Assembly: GCA_001790095.1 (NCBI GenBank) | Contig: MGBH01000001.1 | Location: 60,001 to 92,000 of the forward strand | DNA: 32,000 bases | Reading direction: 5' to 3' | From: Candidatus Saccharimonadota bacterium | GTDB taxonomy: Bacteria > Patescibacteriota > Microgenomatia > UBA1406 > GWC2-37-13 | Shown: positions 25,179 to 32,000 of the stretch, piece after piece | How positions within the stretch are numbered: position 1 is the first letter of the stretch | How the letters are laid out: the number at the start of each line of letters is the position of its first letter | Made by a program: the position numbers and the translations under genes | Notes under the pieces: model-generated | Databases searched by the model: none | Told to the model about the DNA's origin: nothing | Seen by the model: only the letters and a program-made list of their open reading frames with translations

Positions 25179-25655
25179 TTATTTTTTCACTAAACATAGT
25201 ATTTCTTCAAACGCTCCTTTGTCTGAAGGAAACGTAAGGATCTTTTTTACTTCTTCCTCTGGCACAAATTTAGCATCCATCATCTCCCAATCATGATCTT
25301 TTGGATCACCTGAGATATATTCCATCAAATAGTAATACACTGTTTTATGGACCATAAAATTCTCTTTGCTTGTTTTTCCATGAGGTGATCCGCGCCAATG
25401 ATACGAGTATTTTGTGATGACAGGTTGGGGGTGGATGATCTTGGCCTTTATGCCCCCCTCTTCTTCTACTTCCCGAAGTGCTGCTGATTCTTTTGATTCA
25501 TCACTATCTTTATCACCGATCAACCCTTTCGGAAAAGTCCAGCCTTTATGTTGTGAATGTTGGCATATCAACCACTCACATTTGACATCTGACATTTGAC
25601 TTTTGACTTTTCTATATACGATGCCTCCTGAGGATGTCTCATTTTTTTCTTTCAT
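25179..25655 (-). CDS. NUDIX hydrolase, about 158 aa
   Basis: Nudix box GLIGDKDSDESKESAALREVEEEGGI (GX5EX7REVXEEXGI). The track ORF starts at a TTG (25664); ATG 25653-25655 (MKEKNETSSGG) is the more likely start. Confidence 0.88.
   Translation of the reverse strand: MKEKNETSSGGIVYRKVKSQMSDVKCEWLICQHSQHKGWTFPKGLIGDKDSDESKESAALREVEEEGGIKAKIIHPQPVITKYSYHWRGSPHGKTSKENFMVHKTVYYYLMEYISGDPKDHDWEMMDAKFVPEEEVKKILTFPSDKGAFEEILCLVKK
25582..25609 (+). repeat. Four tandem heptamers TTGACAT-CTGACAT-TTGACTT-TTGACTT inside the NUDIX 5' coding region
   Basis: Read directly at 25582-25609. Each unit contains a -35-like TTGAC(A/T) on the plus strand. Confidence 0.8.
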
Positions 25656-25663
25656 ACAGTACA

Positions 25664-25669
25664 ATTATA
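25664..25669 (-). promoter_or_regulatory. -10 box TATAAT, 8 nt upstream of the NUDIX ATG
   Basis: The plus strand reads attata at 25664-25669. The spacer is 25656-25663. Confidence 0.45.
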
Positions 25670-25697
25670 GAACATTATTATTTACATAGATTTCGGT

Positions 25698-26006
25698 ATG
25701 CATATACATAAAAACATTCACAAAAAGGTTCAAAACGAATCACTATTAACACCTCCTCTTACCATTCAAACAGGATCGGGATTTGTCCTTTTACACAAAG
25801 GGGAAGAGGTTGGCGAACATACAACTGAAAATAGAGAAGAAGTAATATATATTATTGAAGGCGAGGCCATGATTGAGATGGAGGGAGAAAAAGAATACTT
25901 AGAAGCAGGGTCGATCGCCTATATCCCACCCAACAAAAAACATAATGTGAAAAACGAAGCCGATGAGGATCTGAAATACATGTATGTGGTGAGTCATTTC
26001 TCCTGA
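25698..26006 (+). CDS. Cupin-domain protein, 102 aa
   Basis: GEEVGEHTTENREEVIYIIEGEAMIEMEGEKEYLEAGSIAYIPPNKKHNVKN shows the two cupin motifs (G-x5-H-x-H/E-like and G-x5-P-x4-H-x3-N). Confidence 0.85.
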   Translation: MHIHKNIHKKVQNESLLTPPLTIQTGSGFVLLHKGEEVGEHTTENREEVIYIIEGEAMIEMEGEKEYLEAGSIAYIPPNKKHNVKNEADEDLKYMYVVSHFS

Positions 26007-26746
26007 CTTTTTTTGTAGTATTGTCCACCCATTTCGTATTCAAAGATAGGGGTTCGGATCGGTCCTTTTATGAGCTGGTAAAACAAAGCCTTGAATGATT
26101 TAAACAGACTAGAAAAAAGGCCTTCTTTTTCAAAACGTCTTGTTGAGACATAGAGAATAGGATTTGGAAAGACAGCAAATCTTGCTCCAAGTTTGTTTGC
26201 CCGCTGTATAAGGTCAAAATCTTCTCCAAAGAATATCGTGTCGTCAAATCCTTTTAGCCTCTCAAATAATTCTTTTTTGATAAGTATGCAGGGGCCATTG
26301 GCTGCCGGTTTGATCTTTTGAAACAAAGTCATACTCATATTTAACAAAGCCAGGGTCATAACTCCTTTTACATTTTTTGTTTTAGGTCTGTTCCAAACGG
26401 TTAACGCATCAAGATTATTTGTTTTGATGTGCACTTCTACTTTTTCTATAAAATCACGTTCTACTTCGACATCTGCATCAAAAAAGATAAGCCACTTTCC
26501 CTTAGCGATACTTGCTCCATGATTTCGTGCGGCGCTAACGTTTTTTGTCGGATTGGTTATAAAGCGGAGGGATGGCAGTTTAGCACCAAGATTTTGTGCA
26601 AATTCTTTTGTACGATCTTTTGAACCACTGTCATTGACAATAACTTCAAAGTTTCCCTTTGTTTGAAGAGCAAGACTCTCAAGGAGAAGGGGGAGACGAT
26701 ATTCTTCATTTAAAGAGGGGATGATGACAGAGAAAAAGATATCCAT
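25994..26746 (-). CDS. GT2 family glycosyltransferase, 250 aa
   Basis: [21 protein letters not shown] and FFDADV (DxD) form the GT-A signature. The 3' end overlaps the cupin 3' end by 13 nt. Confidence 0.88.
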   Translation of the reverse strand: MDIFFSVIIPSLNEEYRLPLLLESLALQTKGNFEVIVNDSGSKDRTKEFAQNLGAKLPSLRFITNPTKNVSAARNHGASIAKGKWLIFFDADVEVERDFIEKVEVHIKTNNLDALTVWNRPKTKNVKGVMTLALLNMSMTLFQKIKPAANGPCILIKKELFERLKGFDDTIFFGEDFDLIQRANKLGARFAVFPNPILYVSTRRFEKEGLFSSLFKSFKALFYQLIKGPIRTPIFEYEMGGQYYKKSQEK

Positions 26747-26753
26747 ACCTTAG

Positions 26754-26759
26754 ATTATA
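26754..26759 (-). promoter_or_regulatory. -10 box TATAAT, 7 nt upstream of the GT2 ATG
   Basis: The plus strand reads attata at 26754-26759. The ATG is at 26744-26746. Confidence 0.45.
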
Positions 26760-26787
26760 ACCGAGTTATCTTTTTGCGGTATTGCAG

Positions 26788-26793
26788 TATAAT
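26788..26793 (+). promoter_or_regulatory. -10 box TATAAT, 13 nt upstream of ATG 26807
   Basis: Read directly. Back-to-back with the minus-strand -10 box at 26754-26759. Confidence 0.4.
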
Positions 26794-26806
26794 ATCAACA
26801 TCTTTT

Positions 26807-28222
26807 ATGAAAAGGATCATCATCATAGGCGCAGGACCAGCTGGTCTCGCTGCAGCATATGAATTATGCAGGACAAAAGATTCAAAGTTATCCATTTCTC
26901 TCTTTGAAACCGACGATCAAGTTGGCGGAATTTCAAAGACACTCCAATATAAAGGTTACCGTTTTGACTTAGGAGGTCATAGATTCTATACAAAGATTCA
27001 GGAAATAGATCAATTTTACAAATCATTTTTAGGAAAGAATCTCCTGAAGAGAAAGAGACTCTCCCGTATATATTACGAAAAAAAATTCTACGATTATCCA
27101 CTTACTTTTATGAATGCTCTTACAAACCTTGGTTTCTTAAGGTCGGTAGAGATCGTTTTAAGTTGGTTCTATAGGCAGTTAAATCGATATAAAATGGAAA
27201 AGACATTTGATAAATGGATTTCAAACAGGTTCGGAGATAAGCTCTTTCATCTTTTTTTTAAATCTTACACAGAAAAAGTGTGGGGAATATCTACTTCTAA
27301 ACTATCCTCAGATTGGGCTGCGCAAAGGATACAAAATTTTAATTTGTTTAGGGCAGTTCTTGGTGCAATTTTGAGTTTGGATACAAGCGATGTAAAAACA
27401 ATAATCCGAACTTTCTTTTATCCAAAATATGGTCCTGGCATGTTGTATGAAGAGCTGCAAAGATACGTTGAAAAAAAAGGAGTTAACGTCTATATGAACC
27501 ATAAGGTAACGGGATTAAAACGTACTAAAAATAAGGTAACCCACGTTTTAGTTAAGGATATTAAGAAAGGCATAGTTACGCACATTAAAGCAGATGCCAT
27601 TATCTCAACCATGCCGTTTAATGAGCTGATCTCACTTTTACATCCACCTGAAAAACTCACAACTCAGGTGAAGTCCTTACGTTTTAGAAATTTTATTACG
27701 GTGAACTTGTTGCTCAAAAAAAACCCTTTTCCAGATCAATGGGTCTACGTACACGAACCAGATGTAAAAGTTGGTCGAATTCAGAATTTTAGAAACTGGA
27801 GTCCGTATATGGTAAAAAAAGGAGGAGGATTAACTCCAGTTGGGATGGAATACTTTTGCTCGGAGGGAGATAAGATGTGGAAAACAACTGATGCAGCACT
27901 AATATCTTTAGCCAAAGAAGAGTTAGCAAGAATAGGGCTAGCAAAAGAAGAAGATATCAGAGAGGGCTTTGTCTACAGAGTTAAAAACGCATACCCTATT
28001 TATAACTTTGACTATGACGGTACTCTTAAACTCTCAAAAAAGTATGCATCAAATTTCAAAAATCTATTTTTATGCGGGAGGGGGGGGCTTTTCAGGTATA
28101 ACAATCAAGACCATTCTATATTGACTGGTTTTTTTGCAGCAAGAAGTGTTTTTTCTACAGATCGTAAACACGATGTATGGAGTATCAATGAAAACAGCGA
28201 ATTTCTTGAAGAAAAACTGTAG
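26807..28222 (+). CDS. NAD(P)/FAD-dependent oxidoreductase (amine-oxidase / protoporphyrinogen-oxidase-like fold), 471 aa
   Basis: [20 protein letters not shown] is a Rossmann GxGxxG dinucleotide-binding motif, followed by [18 protein letters not shown]. The track ORF begins at TTG 26774; ATG 26807 gives the canonical N-terminus. Confidence 0.85.
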   Translation: MKRIIIIGAGPAGLAAAYELCRTKDSKLSISLFETDDQVGGISKTLQYKGYRFDLGGHRFYTKIQEIDQFYKSFLGKNLLKRKRLSRIYYEKKFYDYPLTFMNALTNLGFLRSVEIVLSWFYRQLNRYKMEKTFDKWISNRFGDKLFHLFFKSYTEKVWGISTSKLSSDWAAQRIQNFNLFRAVLGAILSLDTSDVKTIIRTFFYPKYGPGMLYEELQRYVEKKGVNVYMNHKVTGLKRTKNKVTHVLVKDIKKGIVTHIKADAIISTMPFNELISLLHPPEKLTTQVKSLRFRNFITVNLLLKKNPFPDQWVYVHEPDVKVGRIQNFRNWSPYMVKKGGGLTPVGMEYFCSEGDKMWKTTDAALISLAKEELARIGLAKEEDIREGFVYRVKNAYPIYNFDYDGTLKLSKKYASNFKNLFLCGRGGLFRYNNQDHSILTGFFAARSVFSTDRKHDVWSINENSEFLEEKL

Positions 28223-28305
28223 GGACTATTTGTTTATCCCCCTTGGATGCGGTACAATAGTAAGATTGTTTACGCATATATAAACACAAGATTACAAGCT
28301 CATTA

Positions 28306-28378
28306 GGCGCGTTGGCGAAGTGGAAACGCGGGAGTCTGCAAAACTTCTACTGCGCCGGTTCGATTCCGGCACGCGCCT
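28306..28378 (+). tRNA. tRNA-Cys (anticodon GCA)
   Basis: Acceptor GGCGCGT/ACGCGCC, anticodon stem GGAGT/ACTTC with loop CTGCAAA, T arm GCCGG-TTCGATT-CCGGC, discriminator U. The variable region looks 1 nt longer than usual in my fold. Confidence 0.78.
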
Positions 28379-28383
28379 CACTA

Positions 28384-28473
28384 GGAGGGGTCGCATAGTG
28401 GACTAGTGCGTTAGTCTTGAAAACTAATGTGGGCGCAAGCCTACCGCGAGTTCGAATCTCGCCCCCTCCGCCA
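28384..28473 (+). tRNA. tRNA-Ser (anticodon UGA), class II with a long variable arm, CCA encoded
   Basis: Acceptor GGAGGGG/CCCCTCC, anticodon stem TTAGT/ACTAA with loop CTTGAAA, long variable arm, T arm GCGAG-TTCGAAT-CTCGC, then G-CCA. Confidence 0.88.
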
Positions 28474-28487
28474 CAGTTTTTTAATAT

Positions 28488-29852
28488 ATGAGAAATTTTT
28501 ATATTTTTTTTGTTACTTTTGCATTTATATCGTTAGCCAGCCTCTTTGTTTGTACAAAACAAGCATACGCAATAGATGGATTTATTAGAATTACAAGTCC
28601 ATCGGGCGGAGAAACTCTTCAAGTTGGGAATACTTACACCATCCGTTGGGAATCATCCTCAAATATTGACAAAGTAAATATCGGTTATAAATCATGCCCA
28701 AGCTGTCTTGATTGGGTAGTGTTTACCACTCCTAATACAGGGAGTTACGATTGGAATGTCAATATTGGCAATACTACACAAACACAGTTTACCCTGCAGA
28801 TCACGGGATATGAGACAGGCAAAGGATCTCTTACCTCATCCTCAGGAACATTTACTGTGCTTGGAGGATCATCCCAGACATCCTCATCATACTCATCATC
28901 GTCTACCTCCATACCTTCATCTTCATCAATCAATCTACCAAGCCGCCGCACAGACCTACTTCTTAAGTTGAAAAAGATGCCGACACTCATACCTCCTACT
29001 CCAACCCCCATTCCACTTTCTGTCTATACTATTTGGTTGCCTTCAGAGTTTATTTTTGAAGGATCACAGACGACCAATCTTCATACTATCAAGGACCCAA
29101 GGCATGTCAAAGATTTTACCATTGACACACAATATGGCTGGATAGCTACTTTCTCTGGAGAACTTGATTTGACTGACAAAAGCAAACTTACCATGCTAAG
29201 AAATATGGACAAATACTGGGTTGTCGAATGGTGGTTTATCTGGATAAAAATTGAATGGTGGGAGGTATTTAGTACGCCATGTACTGTCACGATAAAAAAC
29301 AAAGATTTGACAGGAGTACAACCAAAAATAGTCACTACCGAAAATGTGCTGTCTGAAGTGGGCAAACTCACCCCAACTGCTAAACCAGCTCCTCCAACTG
29401 TCAAAAAGACATCTCCAGATGGGATTGTTCTCTCTGTGACCTCGGGTGGGAAATTTGAAGTAGAACCAAACGTATTTTTTAAAGATAAACCCGCAAGTCC
29501 GACAGATAAAGATTTGATACAGCTTACCGCCCTAACATCGCACAAAAATTTAATATACCATCTCTTGGTCAATGGCAAAGAATCAAGTATTTCAGCAGTT
29601 CTTAAAAAGGATGGTTCATTTGATATCAATATCCCAAAACTTACGGAAGGCAATAATTACATTGAGCTTCGATATAAAAAGAATAACGATAGCTCACAAT
29701 TTACAAAAGCAGATGATCTGTCTATAGTTTATAAACAAGTTTACTTTTGGTATATAGTGGGAGGTGTTGTATTTATTGCGCTTCTTATTGGAGGCAATAT
29801 CTTTTGGATAATCAAACATCATAAACATAAAAAAAGAAAGCATAAAGTTTGA
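28488..29852 (+). CDS. Secreted, C-terminally membrane-anchored surface protein with a Ser-rich linker, 454 aa
   Basis: N-terminal signal peptide (FVTFAFISLASLFVCTKQAYA). An Ig-like module GGETLQVGNTYTIRWESSSNIDKVNIGY..GSYDWNV. A linker SSQTSSSYSSSSTSIPSSSSI and a Pro/Thr stretch. A C-terminal TM span (YIVGGVVFIALLIGGNIFWII) followed by the basic tail KHHKHKKRKHKV. Confidence 0.8.
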   Translation: MRNFYIFFVTFAFISLASLFVCTKQAYAIDGFIRITSPSGGETLQVGNTYTIRWESSSNIDKVNIGYKSCPSCLDWVVFTTPNTGSYDWNVNIGNTTQTQFTLQITGYETGKGSLTSSSGTFTVLGGSSQTSSSYSSSSTSIPSSSSINLPSRRTDLLLKLKKMPTLIPPTPTPIPLSVYTIWLPSEFIFEGSQTTNLHTIKDPRHVKDFTIDTQYGWIATFSGELDLTDKSKLTMLRNMDKYWVVEWWFIWIKIEWWEVFSTPCTVTIKNKDLTGVQPKIVTTENVLSEVGKLTPTAKPAPPTVKKTSPDGIVLSVTSGGKFEVEPNVFFKDKPASPTDKDLIQLTALTSHKNLIYHLLVNGKESSISAVLKKDGSFDINIPKLTEGNNYIELRYKKNNDSSQFTKADDLSIVYKQVYFWYIVGGVVFIALLIGGNIFWIIKHHKHKKRKHKV

Positions 29853-29951
29853 TATAATCTACTTAAGAAAGTTCCCATGTCCTCATGCCGATTAAAGTTA
29901 AGTAATACTGCACAATAGCAACTTAAAAGTTATTATCAATAATTGCATTTC

Positions 29952-30545
29952 ATGGAAAATATAGTTAACAGAATAAGTAAATGGTATAGAGATCTTCCCG
30001 AGAAGAAAAAATACGTAGAGTTTATCACTGCAGTGCTTTCAGTACCCGTGATGCTTACGGTTATTATCATCAATCTTTCCAATCTTAATCAACAGAAAAG
30101 TGCGACCAACAAAGCGGCCAATGACAAAACTACACCGATTCAAGTGATTATCACTGAAGGAAAGCAGGGAGAAAGAAAAGAAGTTCCAATAGATGTACCA
30201 ACCACTACATCAGTTCCGTGTACAAGGGAGGTGGGACCAGTCTCTATACTTTCTCCACGTGAAAATGAAGTAGTAGTTCGGGATCCGGTATGTATAACCA
30301 TATCAACACAATCAAGCTATTGTTCTGTCATATGGTCTTATCGTCTGGATGACGGTGATTGGTCTGATTTTACGGACAAGAATATTTGCCTACATAATCT
30401 GTCAAACGGCAATAAAACGATCCAGTTAAAGATCAAAAGTGCTTTGTCAAACGATGAAGTTACTCTTCAACGATCATTTATTTATCAGGGAAACAACGAG
30501 CCTACTTTTGAGCCAAGTCCTGCTACATCCTCAGCTAATTTATAA
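29952..30545 (+). CDS. N-terminally anchored protein with a Y_Y_Y-like (Ig-fold) domain, about 197 aa
   Basis: TM anchor FITAVLSVPVMLTVIIINL. IWSYRLDDGDWSDFTDKNICLHNLSNGNKTIQLKIK resembles the Y-x-Y-x-L-x-G-x-D-x-W motif of Y_Y_Y domains. The track ORF starts at TTG 29943; ATG 29952 is preferred. Confidence 0.6.
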   Translation: MENIVNRISKWYRDLPEKKKYVEFITAVLSVPVMLTVIIINLSNLNQQKSATNKAANDKTTPIQVIITEGKQGERKEVPIDVPTTTSVPCTREVGPVSILSPRENEVVVRDPVCITISTQSSYCSVIWSYRLDDGDWSDFTDKNICLHNLSNGNKTIQLKIKSALSNDEVTLQRSFIYQGNNEPTFEPSPATSSANL

Positions 30546-30583
30546 TACTTTTTTATTCTTTAGTACAATTAATGTATTAAACT

Positions 30584-31141
30584 ATGACTCCTCACAAATG
30601 GAAATTGCTTTCAAAAAAAGACATCTCACCTCATAAATGGTTTCCAATAGAGATGAGAACGTATAGCTTGCCGAATGGAAATATATTGGATGACTTTAGT
30701 GTAACGACATTGGCTGATGTATCAATGATAGTGCCTGTCACAAAAGAAAAGAAAGTTGTTTTAGTAAATCAGTATAAGCCTGGTGTTGACGAGGTTGTTC
30801 TAGAATTTCCTGCCGGACGGATGGAGCCTCACCATAAAGATTTTCTTGAGTTGGCAAAGCACGAGTTGGAGGAAGAGATAGGTATAAAAGTAAAGACGAA
30901 TCAATTAAAACATTTTGCAACACTGAGTGGTTTTACTACTAAAGGTTCAGAAAGAGTATGGTTTTATTTCGCAAAGGATTTGGAATTTAATTCAAAGCAA
31001 AATTTGGACTCAAACGAAGAAATAGAAATTGTTCTATTAAACTTTGAGGAGATGGATGAGTATATCTATAATGGTAAAATTTGGACCTCGCAAACGATAG
31101 CTGGATGGATGCTAGCAAAGAAACGTTTTCTTCTGTTGTAA
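30584..31141 (+). CDS. NUDIX hydrolase (ADP-ribose pyrophosphatase-like), 185 aa
   Basis: Nudix box FPAGRMEPHHKDFLELAKHELEEEIGI (GX5EX7xExxEExGI). Confidence 0.88.
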   Translation: MTPHKWKLLSKKDISPHKWFPIEMRTYSLPNGNILDDFSVTTLADVSMIVPVTKEKKVVLVNQYKPGVDEVVLEFPAGRMEPHHKDFLELAKHELEEEIGIKVKTNQLKHFATLSGFTTKGSERVWFYFAKDLEFNSKQNLDSNEEIEIVLLNFEEMDEYIYNGKIWTSQTIAGWMLAKKRFLLL

Positions 31142-31155
31142 AACTCATAGGGGAG

Positions 31156-31164
31156 TGGTATAAT
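31156..31164 (+). promoter_or_regulatory. Extended -10 promoter TGgTATAAT upstream of the DEAD-box helicase gene
   Basis: TG at 31156-31157 and TATAAT at 31159-31164. This implies a leader of about 120 nt before ATG 31289. Confidence 0.45.
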
Positions 31165-31288
31165 ATAAGTCAAGTAAGTTCTGCTTATTTTGTACTTTCC
31201 AATAGTACTTTTAAGTTCTTCTTAATCTCATATTTTTTGAAGAGCTTTGCGCTCTTACTTCTTTTATCATTTATTTCATGTATTTTGT

Positions 31289-32000
31289 ATGTATACCAAT
31301 CACAGATCTCATTCACGTTTTAATAATAGACCTTCTCGTCAAAGGTCAGGATTCCGATTTAGAAAATCTGCTCCTTCAGTCCAGGACTACATAGCTCGTT
31401 CCTCAGTAAAAACAAGTAGCGTAAAAGAAGTAGTAGCTCAGGAAGTACGATTTGATACTTTAAATCTACCCCCCTCACTTCAAAGAGCGATTACAAATCA
31501 TGATTATAAGGTTTTAACCCCAATTCAGGCTGTAGGAATACCTGCCATACGGGAAGGAAAAGATATAATAGGCATCGCAAATACCGGAACAGGTAAAACC
31601 GCTGCTTTTTTGATACCTCTTGTTGAGAAAATAATGAAAAATCCCTCATACAGAGCTCTTATAATTACTCCAACGCGTGAGCTTGCTCTTCAGATACTTG
31701 AAGAATTAAGGAAATTTTCTCAGAGTTTACCTATTTATAACACTTTGTGCATTGGACAGATGCCTATATACAATCAGATTAGGCAGTTGCAACGTAGACC
31801 GCACGTAGTAGTGGGTACTCCCGGAAGACTTAAAGACCTTATCAATCGTAAGGTACTTCAACTTAATCAGTTTAATATGATTGTATTGGATGAAGCAGAT
31901 CAGATGCTTGATATGGGATTTATACATGACATCAAATATATTATTTCTTTTCTTCCTCCAACTCGTCAATCGCTGTTTTTTTCAGCTACCATATCGACAG
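31289..32000 (+). CDS. DEAD-box ATP-dependent RNA helicase, N-terminal part (runs off the window end)
   Basis: Absent from the ORF track because it has no stop in the window. Hand translation from ATG 31289 gives MYTNHRSHSRFNNRPSRQRSGFRF..FDTLNLPPSLQRAITNHDYKVLTPIQ (Q motif), ANTGTGKTAAF (motif I), PTRELA (Ia), GTPGRL, VLDEADQML (II) and FSAT (III). TTG 31247 is an alternative start. Confidence 0.9.
   Translation, partial: MYTNHRSHSRFNNRPSRQRSGFRFRKSAPSVQDYIARSSVKTSSVKEVVAQEVRFDTLNLPPSLQRAITNHDYKVLTPIQAVGIPAIREGKDIIGIANTGTGKTAAFLIPLVEKIMKNPSYRALIITPTRELALQILEELRKFSQSLPIYNTLCIGQMPIYNQIRQLQRRPHVVVGTPGRLKDLINRKVLQLNQFNMIVLDEADQMLDMGFIHDIKYIISFLPPTRQSLFFSATIST

Noticed and set aside
28860-28960. 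Apparent TCN-rich tandem repeat
   Set aside because: It is explained by the in-frame Ser-rich linker of the surface protein and has no independent repeat unit.
29081-29653. 190-aa minus-strand ORF, plus the 28745-29011 and 28756-28971 ORFs
   Set aside because: They are antisense or out of frame within the surface-protein gene. That gene has a coherent order of signal peptide, domain, linker and anchor. The Ser-tract codons naturally leave the other frames open.
31081-31323. 80-aa plus-strand ORF overlapping the NUDIX 3' end
   Set aside because: It overlaps the well-supported NUDIX gene out of frame, and the rest is AT-rich low-complexity sequence in the helicase leader.
1-32000. CRISPR arrays, rRNA genes, large non-coding RNAs and introns
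   Set aside because: The largest non-coding gaps are about 250-270 bp (20175-20423 and 24267-24534). Visual scanning found no regularly spaced direct repeats and no rRNA-like sequence. A proper repeat finder could still detect short arrays that I missed.

Overview
Low-GC (about 35-45% in the lines I counted), gene-dense bacterial window. It has many overlapping gene junctions and almost no Shine-Dalgarno motifs. The content fits an uncultivated CPR/Patescibacteria-like lineage, but that is inference only. Layout: (1) 1-9724 holds a minus-strand operon of six GT-C-fold polytopic membrane glycosyltransferase paralogues plus one GT2 polyprenol-phosphate glycosyltransferase, and a divergent further GT-C-like gene. 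(2) 9740-14343 holds a MarR regulator with a promoter-overlapping palindrome, then a HlyD-like adaptor, a MacB/LolD-type ABC ATPase and two tandem FtsX-type permease paralogues. (3) 14306-19358 holds GT4, a GT87/DUF2029-like membrane protein, uppP, abutting tRNA-Arg(CCG)/tRNA-Ala(CGC), a HAD hydrolase, tRNA-Ile(UAU) and a DUF362 protein. (4) 19429-24609 is the most unusual part. A 5-kb block bracketed by tRNA-Phe and tRNA-Gly carries five soluble proteins that I cannot place in housekeeping families: an APH/CotS-like kinase, a 411-aa protein with a degenerate Bud32/RIO-like N-terminus, a possible TraB/GumN/Tiki-like protein and two ORFans. Most have their own AT-rich spacer and promoter. The block ends at a duplicated tRNA-Gly 5' fragment plus a hairpin. 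(5) 24617-32000 holds a membrane protein, two NUDIX hydrolases, a cupin, a GT2, an FAD oxidoreductase, tRNA-Cys/tRNA-Ser, a Ser-rich anchored surface protein, a Y_Y_Y-like anchored protein and the 5' part of a DEAD-box helicase. A window-wide pattern is a TATAAT-like box 6-8 nt upstream of many ATGs, which suggests leaderless mRNAs. By eye I saw no CRISPR array, integrase, transposase or rRNA. All family calls come from motif recognition in the translations; no database search was run.
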